From Zymomonas mobilis subsp. mobilis ATCC 10988 (lineage in GTDB: Bacteria > Pseudomonadota > Alphaproteobacteria > Sphingomonadales > Sphingomonadaceae), in assembly GCF_000175255.2 (NCBI RefSeq), contig NC_017262.1, forward strand, positions 450,001 to 482,000: a DNA stretch of 32,000 nucleotides, in the 5' to 3' direction. A program made the translations under genes and the position numbers. This document shows, piece by piece, positions 1-9,505 of this stretch. The notes beneath the pieces are model-generated. The model was not told where the DNA came from. It did no database searches and saw only the letters and a program-made list of their open reading frames with translations. The stretch's first letter is position 1. Each line of letters starts with the position of its first letter.

Positions 1-53
1 CAACAAGGCAAGCCTGAAATTAATTGTCCAAGAAAAAACTGCAGTAAGAATTA

Positions 54-130
<77 letters not shown>

Positions 131-227
131 AAAGCAGTGCAAGAGCCTTTAGCAAAGCCAGTCAGTGACGACTAGCCCTTATCTTGTTTTTAATGATAAT
201 TTTTTTTGATCACTGCATATGACAGAC

Positions 228-257
228 AAAAAAAGGTAGATCACTTCTACTTTTTTT
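228..257 (-). terminator. Putative bidirectional intrinsic terminator downstream of opgH
   Basis: A short hairpin GTAGA-tcact-TCTAC (237..250) is flanked by an A7 run (228..234) and a T7 run (251..257). It lies about 35 nt beyond the opgH stop. The stem is only 5 bp. Confidence 0.45.
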
Positions 258-290
258 GCCTATCTTGCGGTTAAAAAATTTCATTATCGA

Positions 291-2249
291 CTATACCGGA
301 TTTTCTACCGGAAAAGACCCTGCCCCCGACTGCTTTTTGGCATTGGAATAAGCCTGTGGCGGCATATTAGAAGCGGCTTTAATTGTCGCATGAACGATAC
401 CGCTTTCTTTCTGGGATTCCAATGTACCATCCTGTCGATGCTCTTCCGGCGTCACAAAGATTCCGATTGAAGCCAAAGCTTTTCCCATGGAAGAATAAGA
501 AGTTACATAGGCCGTCACTGGAGCCAATACCAAACCCAACGCGACCATTAACAGCCATGTCAAAGCCCCGCCGCCGATAAAAGCCAATAAAGTAAAGACA
601 AGACCCACCACAACATGAGGACGATAATAATGGAAAGCTTCTGAAAAGCTTATGCCATCAACGTCTCGTCTTTGCGTGTTCCATCCGCTGGGTCGGCCAC
701 GCAGAATGTCAATGAAAGTTAAAGTCTGGGTCACCATCAGGATGGGAGCAATAAAGGCAGATAAAGGTATTTCAATAACGACACTTGCCAAAATACCGCT
801 CAAACCACCCAAGGTTTTCGCCCGTCTTTTGTCCATCAACGCCCATATAACCGCCAAAATTTTAGCACCAAACAGACAGATAATCGTCAGGACAAGGAGC
901 CATGTTGATGGAGGTAAGCTAAGATTAGCGCTTCCCCGTCCAAAATGATGCATAAGGGTCGCGAGCAAGAGGAAAAGCCATAAAGTCGAAGTCGTATAAG
1001 AGGTAACACCAATCAATAGCTGCAAGCGATTAATCCAATGTAATCCTTTAATATCCAACAAGCGTACATGCTGTAAATTGCCTTGGCACCAACGGCGGTC
1101 TCGAATAGCGCTATCGACTAATGTCGGAGGATATTCTTCATAGCTGCCTTCTGCCATAATTGTATGCACGGCCCAACCATTCCGCCGTAGCAATGTCGCT
1201 TCCAGAACGTCATGACTCATAATATTACCGCCAAAAGGTTCTTTACCGGAAAGCTTTGGCAAGCCACAGCTTTCTGCAAAAGCCTTCACGCGAATAATAG
1301 CGTTATGTCCCCAAAAACTGGCTTCCGATCCAGACCACCAGACCAATCCAGCACTCGCCAGAGGGCCATATAGCCTTGCAGAAAATTGCTGCCATCTAGC
1401 AAAAAAGGTCTGCCCATTCACAGGCATAGGAACCGTCTGTAACAGAGCGACCCCTTTGTCTCTATCCATGCTAGCAGCCATACGGGCGATTGTTTCACCC
1501 GACATCAGACTATCGGCATCCAATACCAGCATATAATCGTATCCGCTGCCGAAATGATGAATCCAGTCAGAAATATTACCTGGTTTTCGGGCGATATTCT
1601 TTTCGCGACGGCGATACCATACCGGAATTTTTATTTCATCTTTCAGCTTCTGATAGGCTGCGAATTCAGTCAATTCGTTGACTATTTTTGAATCGCTTAA
1701 AATAAAAAATTCAAAATTTTGACTATATCCAGTCTCTACCAGCGATTGCGCCATCACCTTCAGGCGCAAATAAACCATATCAACATCTTCATTATAGATG
1801 GGCATCAATATGGCCGTTTTACCGCGCGGAGCAACTGAAGCTGGCGGCATTTGATAATCGGAAGAGGCTTTGCCTCGTATCAATTGGGTAAAACCAATCA
1901 AAGATCCTAGAAAACCAAAAACCAGCCATGTAAATAAAGGAGAAAAGAGAATGAATATCAGAAATTCACTCAGACTTATGCCTTGCACCGATTCGGCAAT
2001 GAAAAGATCAGCGGCGGCGGCAATAGAAATGATCAGCGTCGCACCAAATAACAAAGCCCGACGATTGCCAATAACCGAAGGAGAGGTTCTGATTTTCGAT
2101 TTGACGGCGTCTACTTTACTCCATGACTGAATCGGCATTTCAATGGGAGCCAAAGGCGGCAAGCAAGATAAAGCCTCTGCCCCATAAGGAGCGTCACCTG
2201 TCTGTGCCTGTTCAGGATTATTCATTTTTACGCCTTTTTCGAAACCCAT
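291..2249 (-). CDS. opgH: Glucans biosynthesis glucosyltransferase H (OpgH/MdoH, GT2 family, polytopic membrane protein)
   Basis: This is a 652-aa ORF. The GT2 core has the typical OpgH blocks (AILMPIYNED, LSDS, KPGNISDW, MLVLDADSLM, RDRRWCQGNLQH) and is flanked by multiple hydrophobic helices. It sits directly downstream of the opgG-like gene. An alternative start at the second Met (MNNPEQ) is possible. Confidence 0.9.
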   Translation of the reverse strand: MGFEKGVKMNNPEQAQTGDAPYGAEALSCLPPLAPIEMPIQSWSKVDAVKSKIRTSPSVIGNRRALLFGATLIISIAAAADLFIAESVQGISLSEFLIFILFSPLFTWLVFGFLGSLIGFTQLIRGKASSDYQMPPASVAPRGKTAILMPIYNEDVDMVYLRLKVMAQSLVETGYSQNFEFFILSDSKIVNELTEFAAYQKLKDEIKIPVWYRRREKNIARKPGNISDWIHHFGSGYDYMLVLDADSLMSGETIARMAASMDRDKGVALLQTVPMPVNGQTFFARWQQFSARLYGPLASAGLVWWSGSEASFWGHNAIIRVKAFAESCGLPKLSGKEPFGGNIMSHDVLEATLLRRNGWAVHTIMAEGSYEEYPPTLVDSAIRDRRWCQGNLQHVRLLDIKGLHWINRLQLLIGVTSYTTSTLWLFLLLATLMHHFGRGSANLSLPPSTWLLVLTIICLFGAKILAVIWALMDKRRAKTLGGLSGILASVVIEIPLSAFIAPILMVTQTLTFIDILRGRPSGWNTQRRDVDGISFSEAFHYYRPHVVVGLVFTLLAFIGGGALTWLLMVALGLVLAPVTAYVTSYSSMGKALASIGIFVTPEEHRQDGTLESQKESGIVHATIKAASNMPPQAYSNAKKQSGAGSFPVENPV

Positions 2250-2255
2250 ATCATC

Positions 2256-2290
2256 ATTCTTCTCTGCCCATGCAAATGACAGAGAAGAAT
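2256..2290 (-). promoter_or_regulatory. Intercistronic stem-loop between opgG and opgH
   Basis: An 11-bp perfect inverted repeat ATTCTTCTCTG (2256..2266) / CAGAGAAGAAT (2280..2290) has a 13-nt loop. In the minus-strand mRNA it ends 7 nt upstream of the first opgH AUG. Confidence 0.4.
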
Positions 2291-2365
2291 TGTTATTTTA
2301 TTCTTGAAACCAGATTAAATGATAGCCGCATAAAGCGAGCTGTATTCAGCTTAATAGGGATAAAA

Positions 2366-3937
2366 CTATCCTATGGCATAGAGCCATGTTTCACTAATGG
2401 CGTTGTTGCCTTTTTTCAGATAGCCACGTAATTCCATTACTTGGTTGGCAACGGGTTTTACTTCAACTGTCGCTCTCCAGCGATTAGAGAAACCAGCCAC
2501 CGGCGCGGCTGAACTATAGATAATCTGTCCTTGATTGGCGGTTACAACGAACTCAACCCCTTCGCGTGGCAAATTGGCCAAGGCTGAACCCTCAAAATCA
2601 ACAACTATCTTTTCCAATCCTGGTTTTGACCAACGTTCATCCTGACCAACAGGATCATCGCTCGCCATCCCTGTCCGTGTATCGACGACATAAGAAGACG
2701 GTTTCGGTAACGGCTCGCTGTTCAGCCAAGTCAAACGATAAGATAAGTCATAACGATTACCGGCTTTCGCCTGTCCGGCAGGAACCCACATTGCCCCGAT
2801 ATTGTCATCTGTTTCGCCTTTTGTTGCCATTTCCAACAGATTAATAGCACCAGCGCCCCAATTATTCCGCGTTTCCAGCCATAAATTCGGGCGTTTTTCG
2901 TAAAAGAAGTTATCATCCTGATAATGATCAAAATTCCGGTCGCGTTGGATAAGACCCCACCCCTTCGGATTTACATCAGAAAAGCTACTGACGCGTGTTA
3001 CCTCGTGATTTTCTAAAGGTCGCCACAGTCTTTCGCCCTTCCCTGTCCACAAAGCCAGACCATCAGAGTCATGGACTTCAGGGCGCCAGTCTTTACCGCT
3101 ACGATGGTTATTTTCACCATACCAGAACATACTGGTCATGACACCGAAACCCAGACGCTCGACCGTTTTACGGAGCTTAACAGTGCAATCAATATCCTGA
3201 ACCACATGACCATTCTTTTGGTAAGTGGTCATCCGATAAACACCAACGACGCTTGGGCCTTCCAATAAAGCATAAATAATAATGCCATTATTGGGCGCTT
3301 CTTCTAGCCAAAAACGGGTAAAGACAGGGAATTCTTCAGGATGAGAAAGGCCAGTATCGATCGCCAGACCTCGGGCTGACAAACCATACTGATCCTGATC
3401 ACCCGCAGCCCTAAAATAGGATGCGCCCATGAAAGCCAACCAATCATGCATCCGGTCGGGATTCATAAAACGGAAACCACCAAAACCCATCTGATCTTTG
3501 GGTAATTTATGTAAAGGGCTATCCGTTGGCGCATTAAAAAGGTCATCAGAAAACAGCATTTCACGAGACTGACCGCTCTCGACGACATAGATTTTCAAAG
3601 GCACGGGTGCCGCTCGATTGACCGGAAAAAAGCGGGTCGCTCTTTCTGGGTCATTCGCCCACAAAGTTTTATCATCCCGCCAGCTGATTTTGACCATAGC
3701 ATTATAGTCAATCGCCATCACTTCAGGTGATGGCTTTGGCTGATTATAAGGATGGCGCGATAATTCCATGGCATAGGCTTGCAGCCCTTTCCATGAAAAA
3801 TTTTGGGCTTTGCCAAAGCGCAGATTGCTATCGACAGAAGACGCTGCAAAGAGTGAATTCCCCTTAAAACCGGCTCCTGCAACGGTAGCAATACCCAGAG
3901 CAACAAGCATCTGACGGCGGTTAAAAGAGGCATTCAT
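2366..3937 (-). CDS. opgG: Periplasmic glucans biosynthesis protein G/D (MdoG family), with a Tat-type signal peptide like OpgD
   Basis: This is a 523-aa ORF. The N-terminus MNASFNRRQMLVALGIATVAGAGF carries a twin-arginine motif. The rest matches the MdoG/MdoD family in length and in blocks such as FRFWLEEP-like FTRFWLEEA and GETDDNIGAMWVP. It lies upstream of opgH on the same strand. Confidence 0.88.
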   Translation of the reverse strand: MNASFNRRQMLVALGIATVAGAGFKGNSLFAASSVDSNLRFGKAQNFSWKGLQAYAMELSRHPYNQPKPSPEVMAIDYNAMVKISWRDDKTLWANDPERATRFFPVNRAAPVPLKIYVVESGQSREMLFSDDLFNAPTDSPLHKLPKDQMGFGGFRFMNPDRMHDWLAFMGASYFRAAGDQDQYGLSARGLAIDTGLSHPEEFPVFTRFWLEEAPNNGIIIYALLEGPSVVGVYRMTTYQKNGHVVQDIDCTVKLRKTVERLGFGVMTSMFWYGENNHRSGKDWRPEVHDSDGLALWTGKGERLWRPLENHEVTRVSSFSDVNPKGWGLIQRDRNFDHYQDDNFFYEKRPNLWLETRNNWGAGAINLLEMATKGETDDNIGAMWVPAGQAKAGNRYDLSYRLTWLNSEPLPKPSSYVVDTRTGMASDDPVGQDERWSKPGLEKIVVDFEGSALANLPREGVEFVVTANQGQIIYSSAAPVAGFSNRWRATVEVKPVANQVMELRGYLKKGNNAISETWLYAIG

Positions 3938-4231
3938 ATATTCTCTCCAAAATAATTTACGCTATTTTCTTGCTGTAACGCAGCTGCCCAAAGATTTGAA
4001 TATGGTATTCGAGACCTATTTTTCGATTATAGCCTCAAAATCGGGATGTATCTTTGAATTCTCAGGATTATGATTTCTCATTCATTCACCATAGGGGTGT
4101 AATCCTGTTGAAGATATCCGAAATAAGATAATTGGTATCGTAAAAGCGACTGATGACAAATTGTAAATTTTTTTTATAAAAACAAACTTGCTTAATAAAC
4201 CATAACTTACAAAACAGGATAGCAGAGTAAA

Positions 4232-7200
4232 ATGGACAAGATGGGGAAAATAGCGAAAAGATTCCGGCTAGGCGCAAGCTTGCTTTCTTTGTTGCTTCCT
4301 TCCCTTATCAACCACAACGCTATAGCTGCCGATAATTCAGACAAAATATTATCTCGTCCAGTAAAAGGTCGAGATATTACGGTCAGCCTTCCTGCCGAAA
4401 AAACCGTCAGAATTACATTCGACCGCTATTCGGCAATGATAGATAGCCGAAGATTTCTTATCTGGAGTGGAGAGTTTGATCCTTTCCGCTTGCCCAGCCC
4501 TTCTCTCTGGCAAGATATCTTTGAAAAGATGAAGGCGATTGGCTTCAATACGGTAACTATTCAGTTAGACTGGGCTTATCATTCTCCTGCTCCGGGTGTT
4601 TACGACTTTAATGGTATTCGCGATATTGATCGCCTACTCAGCATGGCAAAAGTCGCGGGATTATATGTTGTGGTTCGGATCGGGCCCTATGCTGACGCCG
4701 ATTTGTCTCGCGGTGGTTTCCCCGGATGGCTCACCCGTCAGAAAGTCGATGCCCGAAGTGACGATCCGGTTTATCTTGCGGCCGTTGACGAATGGCTAAC
4801 GCGAGTCAATGCGATTATCAGCCGCCATCAATATGACGGCGATAAAGGCAATGTCATTTTATATCAGGTGGAAGATCGTCTCGGCGATCCCAGCCCTGTC
4901 AAACAACGCTATATGGCACATTTATATGCCAAAGCCCGCCATGACGGCATCACGCTTCCTATTTTTCATAATGAAACTGGACCCGTTGGCGACTGGCTTT
5001 CTGTCGCCCGATCTGGCGAAGATGTCGCTAGCCTCATTGATCTCCACGGTTTCTCAATTAACACGACACGCTTTTGCGACACTCAAAATCAACCTTTACG
5101 GGAAGCTGCGCCTCCTGATCTCGGATATTATAATCTCGATAACAGCGCGAGTTTCTTAAAACGTCCGGCAACTAGCCTTATAACCATAGAAGATGGTAGC
5201 GCCGATTATTGGGGTAGCAACGAACAATATAATTGCCTCGCCAATAGTAATGACGAACGCCATGAAATGTTGATATTAGGAAACAATCTTATCAACGGCT
5301 TAACAAACCAAACGCTTCGAATGGTTTATGGCGGTATCAATTGGGGCTGGCTTGGACAGTCAGGCCGCATCACCTCTTTCGATTATGGCGCGCCGATCGA
5401 TGAAGCTCGTAACCTTAGACCTAAAGCCGATGGCCTAAAGCGATTGGGGCAATTTATCTCCACTTTTTCTGATATTACAAAAATGATGCCGGGTTCGGTT
5501 ATTGTCCCAACCTCCAGCCATATTCGAGTGCTGCATAACGTTAATCCCGACACCAATTCTCATCTTTTCTTTATCACGCATAAGCCTGCCAATAGTCTGC
5601 ATGATAGCAAATTCACCTTCTCTGTTGCTCTGCCCGATGGCACCTATACTCTTCCAGAAGAAGGCAATCTCGAGTTAAATGGCCATGACAGCAAATATCT
5701 AATCGCTGGTTTTAACCTCGGAAGAAACCGTCTGGTTTATTCGACCTCTCAATTTCAGACGATGATTACACAAGGGGAACATGATATTGCCCTTTTTAAT
5801 GGTCGTCAGGGGGAAGCCGGCGAAATCGTTCTAAGATATGAAACCAAACCTCGCGTAACTGTTATCGAAGGCGATGCCCGATATTTCTATGATCCGGCGC
5901 GGCATGATTTACGGTTAAATTATATTCATGGCGGCCTTACCCGCATAAAAATCGAAAATGGCGGCCCAGCCCCCCTTATTCTTTTAATCGGCGATGAAAA
6001 GGAATCCGCACGCTTTTCGCGTTTTTCGACTGATGCCGGAGATGTGCTTGTCTTTGGCCCTTCACTCGTTAGACAGGCTTCATCCACGGATCTCACTTTA
6101 TCGCTAAAAGGCGATACGGGTAGCCAAGAAACGCTAGAAGTCTGGGCTCCACCTGCTATCACAACGCTGGAATGGAACAGCCATCATGTTGCTTTCAGCC
6201 GGAATTTCCTAAATGGCAATTTCATAGCCAAGGATTTCCTGCCCGAACCTGAAAACTTTACTTTGCCAGATTTAATGACCTTAGACTGGCAGGCGGCAGA
6301 AGGCACACCAGAGGCACGTCCAAATTTTGATGACAGCCATTGGCAGAAAGCTGACGACACTGATGACAGTGCGATTATATCCCCCCCGGAAGGTCAGCCC
6401 AATCTGAATGCAGATTCCTATGGCTTCCATGATGGGGATATCTGGTATCGTGGCCATTTTGTCGGTGATCCGCAGGCAAAAAGCCTGACACTTCACTATG
6501 GCGCAGGCGGCAGTGGCTTTTTGCAATTATGGATGGATGGCCAGTTTCTGGGTGAAAATGAAATAGAAAATGGTCTGTCACAACCTTCAACCCGTGGCAG
6601 TTTTCGGATTAATTTACCCGAAAGTGCCCAGAAAGCAGGCGATCACGTATTTTCTGTTATGATCCGCCTGAACGGCCACCGCGAAGACAACGCCGATAAT
6701 AATATGCAAAGGGCACCATCAGGTCTGATTGCCGCGTCATTGTCTGATCCCTCTGGTGCCGCCTATGCTGTCCCGATTTCATGGCGAGTCCAAGGTAATC
6801 TTGGGGGCGAAAATCTACTTGATACCGATCGGGGGGCGCTTAATAACGGCGGCCAATTTGGGGAACGCTCCGGCTGGCATTTACCGGGCTATTCCGATTC
6901 CAATTGGTCATCGGCGGATATGACGCGCCTTTCTTCGACACCGGGAACAACATGGTATCGTAGCCATGTAAAATTAAACCTTCCCAAAGAGAATGACATT
7001 ACCCTTGGCCTAACCATCGGGGATGGCCATAAAATTCGCTCCAAAAGCCATTATCGAATGCTCATTTTTGTGAATGGCTGGAATATTGGACAATATATTG
7101 CGCATATCGGGCCTCAGACGGTTTTCTCTATTCCTGCGGGCATTATTGACTACAATGGCGACAACCTTCTTGCCTTGGCGGTTACATCAGACGGAACGGC

Positions 7201-7333
7201 TTTTGATAAAGAAAATACAGTGATGGAGCCTATTCACCTCACGGTATTACATAATGTCCGTGGAGGGGTGCCGATAGAAAAGATCGATGCAGCTAATTGG
7301 AAAGATATAAAGGAAGCCCAAGAGCAGCAATAA
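4232..7333 (+). CDS. Secreted GH35-family glycoside hydrolase homologue (fungal-type multidomain beta-galactosidase architecture)
   Basis: This is a 1033-aa ORF with a signal peptide (..LINHNAIA/ADN). It is colinear with Aspergillus/Penicillium LacA-type GH35. Matching blocks are SGEFDPFRLP, GFNTVTIQLDWAYH, GPYADADLSRGGFPGWL, ILYQVEDRLG (versus ILYQPENEY), TIEDGSADYWG (versus IVEFQGGSYDPWG), DSYGFHDGDIWYRGHF, GNLGGE and YRMLIFVNGWNIGQYIAHIGPQT. Confidence 0.85.
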   Translation: MDKMGKIAKRFRLGASLLSLLLPSLINHNAIAADNSDKILSRPVKGRDITVSLPAEKTVRITFDRYSAMIDSRRFLIWSGEFDPFRLPSPSLWQDIFEKMKAIGFNTVTIQLDWAYHSPAPGVYDFNGIRDIDRLLSMAKVAGLYVVVRIGPYADADLSRGGFPGWLTRQKVDARSDDPVYLAAVDEWLTRVNAIISRHQYDGDKGNVILYQVEDRLGDPSPVKQRYMAHLYAKARHDGITLPIFHNETGPVGDWLSVARSGEDVASLIDLHGFSINTTRFCDTQNQPLREAAPPDLGYYNLDNSASFLKRPATSLITIEDGSADYWGSNEQYNCLANSNDERHEMLILGNNLINGLTNQTLRMVYGGINWGWLGQSGRITSFDYGAPIDEARNLRPKADGLKRLGQFISTFSDITKMMPGSVIVPTSSHIRVLHNVNPDTNSHLFFITHKPANSLHDSKFTFSVALPDGTYTLPEEGNLELNGHDSKYLIAGFNLGRNRLVYSTSQFQTMITQGEHDIALFNGRQGEAGEIVLRYETKPRVTVIEGDARYFYDPARHDLRLNYIHGGLTRIKIENGGPAPLILLIGDEKESARFSRFSTDAGDVLVFGPSLVRQASSTDLTLSLKGDTGSQETLEVWAPPAITTLEWNSHHVAFSRNFLNGNFIAKDFLPEPENFTLPDLMTLDWQAAEGTPEARPNFDDSHWQKADDTDDSAIISPPEGQPNLNADSYGFHDGDIWYRGHFVGDPQAKSLTLHYGAGGSGFLQLWMDGQFLGENEIENGLSQPSTRGSFRINLPESAQKAGDHVFSVMIRLNGHREDNADNNMQRAPSGLIAASLSDPSGAAYAVPISWRVQGNLGGENLLDTDRGALNNGGQFGERSGWHLPGYSDSNWSSADMTRLSSTPGTTWYRSHVKLNLPKENDITLGLTIGDGHKIRSKSHYRMLIFVNGWNIGQYIAHIGPQTVFSIPAGIIDYNGDNLLALAVTSDGTAFDKENTVMEPIHLTVLHNVRGGVPIEKIDAANWKDIKEAQEQQ

Positions 7334-7468
7334 TCTATCAAATCGGGGTATTTATTTCTGATACAGAAAATCTTTGAATAACTATTTCCTGTTTTTTCGC
7401 TTTCAGAAGGACAACTATACCCCGTTTTTCTATAGACTTATTGTCATCGCTCTTTTATATATAAAGGC

Positions 7469-7571
7469 ATGTTTTCCCTGCCTCTTATAGCACGCGATCT
7501 ACGACTTACACGCCCTTAGGCGTGTTATTCGCTTTGCCCTTCTTGTTACAGCAAGGGTCAACGCCTAAGGG
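7469..7571 (+). promoter_or_regulatory. Candidate leuA leader: 16-codon mini-ORF plus mutually exclusive helices
   Basis: The mini-ORF at 7469..7519 encodes MFSLPLIARDLRLTRP*, with 4 Leu codons. Hairpin ACACGCC-ctta-GGCGTGT (7508..7525) spans its stop codon. The segment 7513..7523 (CCCTTAGGCGT) can instead pair with 7561..7571 (ACGCCTAAGGG), giving 11 bp. No strong U-tract follows. Confidence 0.3.
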
Positions 7572-7652
7572 GTTACTTCATTAGAAAAAACAACGTTGTT
7601 GTTCTGGTGATCCAATCACCGGACAAGGCAGAACGAAGTTTTAGGGATAATC

Positions 7653-9353
7653 ATGTTACATAATCCGGCTACAAAATATCGTCCTTTCCCTGCCATCGAT
7701 TTACCCAATCGGCAGTGGCCTTCCCAAGTCATCAAAAAAGCCCCAATCTGGCTCTCTACTGATTTACGGGATGGTAATCAGGCTTTGGCCAACCCGATGG
7801 ACGGTGAAAAAAAGCGTCGTTTATTCGATTTGTTGGTTTCGATCGGCCTGAAAGAAATCGAAGTCGGCTTTCCTTCCGCCGGTGCCACTGAATTTGATTT
7901 TGTTCGTAGCTTAATTGAACAGAATGCCGTGCCAGAAGATGTCACTTTACAGGTTTTGACACAGGCACGTCAGGATTTAATCACCAAAAGTTTTGATAGC
8001 CTCGAAGGTATCCATCGCGCGATTATTCACGTATATAATGCCGTTTCTCCGGCATGGCGGCGGATTGTCTTCAATATGGAACGGCCAGAAATTAAAAAAC
8101 TGGCTATCGCAGGTGTAACCATGCTGCGGGACGAAGCTGAAAAACGCCCTGGCACGGATTGGCGCTTTGAATATAGCCCAGAAACCTTTTCGACTGCGGA
8201 ACTGGATTTCAGTCTGGAAGTCTGTGAAGCGGTTCTGGATGTCTTACAGCCAACACCGGAAAAGCCTTTGACCATCAATTTACCAGCAACGGTCGAAGCT
8301 GCCATGCCAAATATCTATGCTGATCAGGTTGAATGGTTCTGCCGCAATATCTCCAGACGTGATTCTATCATTGTCAGCGTGCATCCTCATAATGATCGTG
8401 GAACGGGTATCGCCGCGGCTGAAATGGCCTTGCTGGCTGGTGCTGACCGTGTCGAAGGTTGCCTGTTCGGTAATGGTGAAAGAACCGGCAATGTTGATTT
8501 GGTGACGCTGGCACTCAATCTCTATACACAGGCTATCAATCCAAATATTGATCTGTCTGACATTGATAAGGTCATCAAGACCGTTGAATATTGCACTGAA
8601 TTACCGGTTTCGCCGCGGCATCCTTATGCAGGCGATCTGGTCTTCACGGCTTTTTCCGGCTCTCATCAGGATGCCATCCGTAAAGGTTTCACCCAGCGCG
8701 CCGAAAGAAAGGCCAAGGAAGACGGTGAAATCATTTGGGATGTGCCTTATCTGCCCATCGACCCAGCTGATCTGGGACGCTCTTACGAGGCTGTCATACG
8801 GGTTAATTCCCAATCTGGAAAAGGGGGCGTGGCATGGGTCATCGAGCAAGATCAAGGCCTGAAAATGCCACGACGGATGCAGGTAGATTTCAGCCGTAAA
8901 GTTCAGGAACTGGCTGATTCTTCTTCAAAAGAGCTGGATTCTTCAGATATCTGGAATGCTTTTGTTGACTATTATCACCTCGACAATAGCGGCCACTTTC
9001 AGTTGGTTGATTTTCAAGTCAAGCAGGGTGACAATGGATATGCGATCATCGGCAAGATAAAAGCCGGAGATAACATTCATGAGGTTGAAGGCCACGGTAA
9101 CGGCTTAATCTCCAGCATTATTGACGCCCTGTCTTCTATTACGAATATCCGCTTAGAAGTCGTCGATTATCAAGAACACGCCATTAGCCACGGTAATACA
9201 GCGCAAGCGGCTGCCTATATTGAATGCAGCTTGCCGCAGGGTGGAACCGTCTTCGGTGTTGGTGTTGACGACGATATCGCTACTGCTTCGGTTCGGGCTG
9301 TCTTAAGTGCGGTTAATCGTGCTTATGCCGTCGATCCGAAAAGCGTCGGCTAA
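7653..9353 (+). CDS. leuA: 2-isopropylmalate synthase (long LeuA form)
   Basis: This is a 566-aa ORF. The N-terminus KYRPFPAIDLPNRQWP..WLSTDLRDGNQAL, the HxH motif VHPHNDRGTG and the C-terminal regulatory domain are all as in actinobacterial and alphaproteobacterial LeuA. Confidence 0.95.
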   Translation: MLHNPATKYRPFPAIDLPNRQWPSQVIKKAPIWLSTDLRDGNQALANPMDGEKKRRLFDLLVSIGLKEIEVGFPSAGATEFDFVRSLIEQNAVPEDVTLQVLTQARQDLITKSFDSLEGIHRAIIHVYNAVSPAWRRIVFNMERPEIKKLAIAGVTMLRDEAEKRPGTDWRFEYSPETFSTAELDFSLEVCEAVLDVLQPTPEKPLTINLPATVEAAMPNIYADQVEWFCRNISRRDSIIVSVHPHNDRGTGIAAAEMALLAGADRVEGCLFGNGERTGNVDLVTLALNLYTQAINPNIDLSDIDKVIKTVEYCTELPVSPRHPYAGDLVFTAFSGSHQDAIRKGFTQRAERKAKEDGEIIWDVPYLPIDPADLGRSYEAVIRVNSQSGKGGVAWVIEQDQGLKMPRRMQVDFSRKVQELADSSSKELDSSDIWNAFVDYYHLDNSGHFQLVDFQVKQGDNGYAIIGKIKAGDNIHEVEGHGNGLISSIIDALSSITNIRLEVVDYQEHAISHGNTAQAAAYIECSLPQGGTVFGVGVDDDIATASVRAVLSAVNRAYAVDPKSVG

Positions 9354-9377
9354 TATTTAAAAATAAATCTTATTTGA

Positions 9378-9416
9378 ATGGCTCCTCTTTTATAAAAAGC
9401 AGGAGCCATTTTTTTA
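9378..9416 (+). terminator. Rho-independent terminator of leuA
   Basis: The stem ATGGCTCCT (9378..9386) / AGGAGCCAT (9401..9409) is followed by a run of 7 T. Confidence 0.85.
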
Positions 9417-9505
9417 AACCTCATCTCATCCCCGCAATATTCACATTTTGTAACATTTCATTCTTTTGTTCATCGTATATTCATGAACATTTCGCTCTTA
9501 GAAAT

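Noticed and set aside
383-2130. Several 60 to 100-aa plus-strand ORFs (383..580, 652..948, 1490..1681, 1870..2130)
   Set aside because: All are antisense to the well-supported opgH gene. They show no recognisable motifs and have odd composition (Arg/Pro/Ser-rich), as is typical of antisense frames.
7343-7428. CGGGGTAT (7343..7350) / ATACCCCG (7416..7423) followed by T5, considered as the GH35 gene terminator
   Set aside because: The 8-bp arms are separated by about 65 nt, too long a loop for a canonical intrinsic terminator. I did not annotate it.
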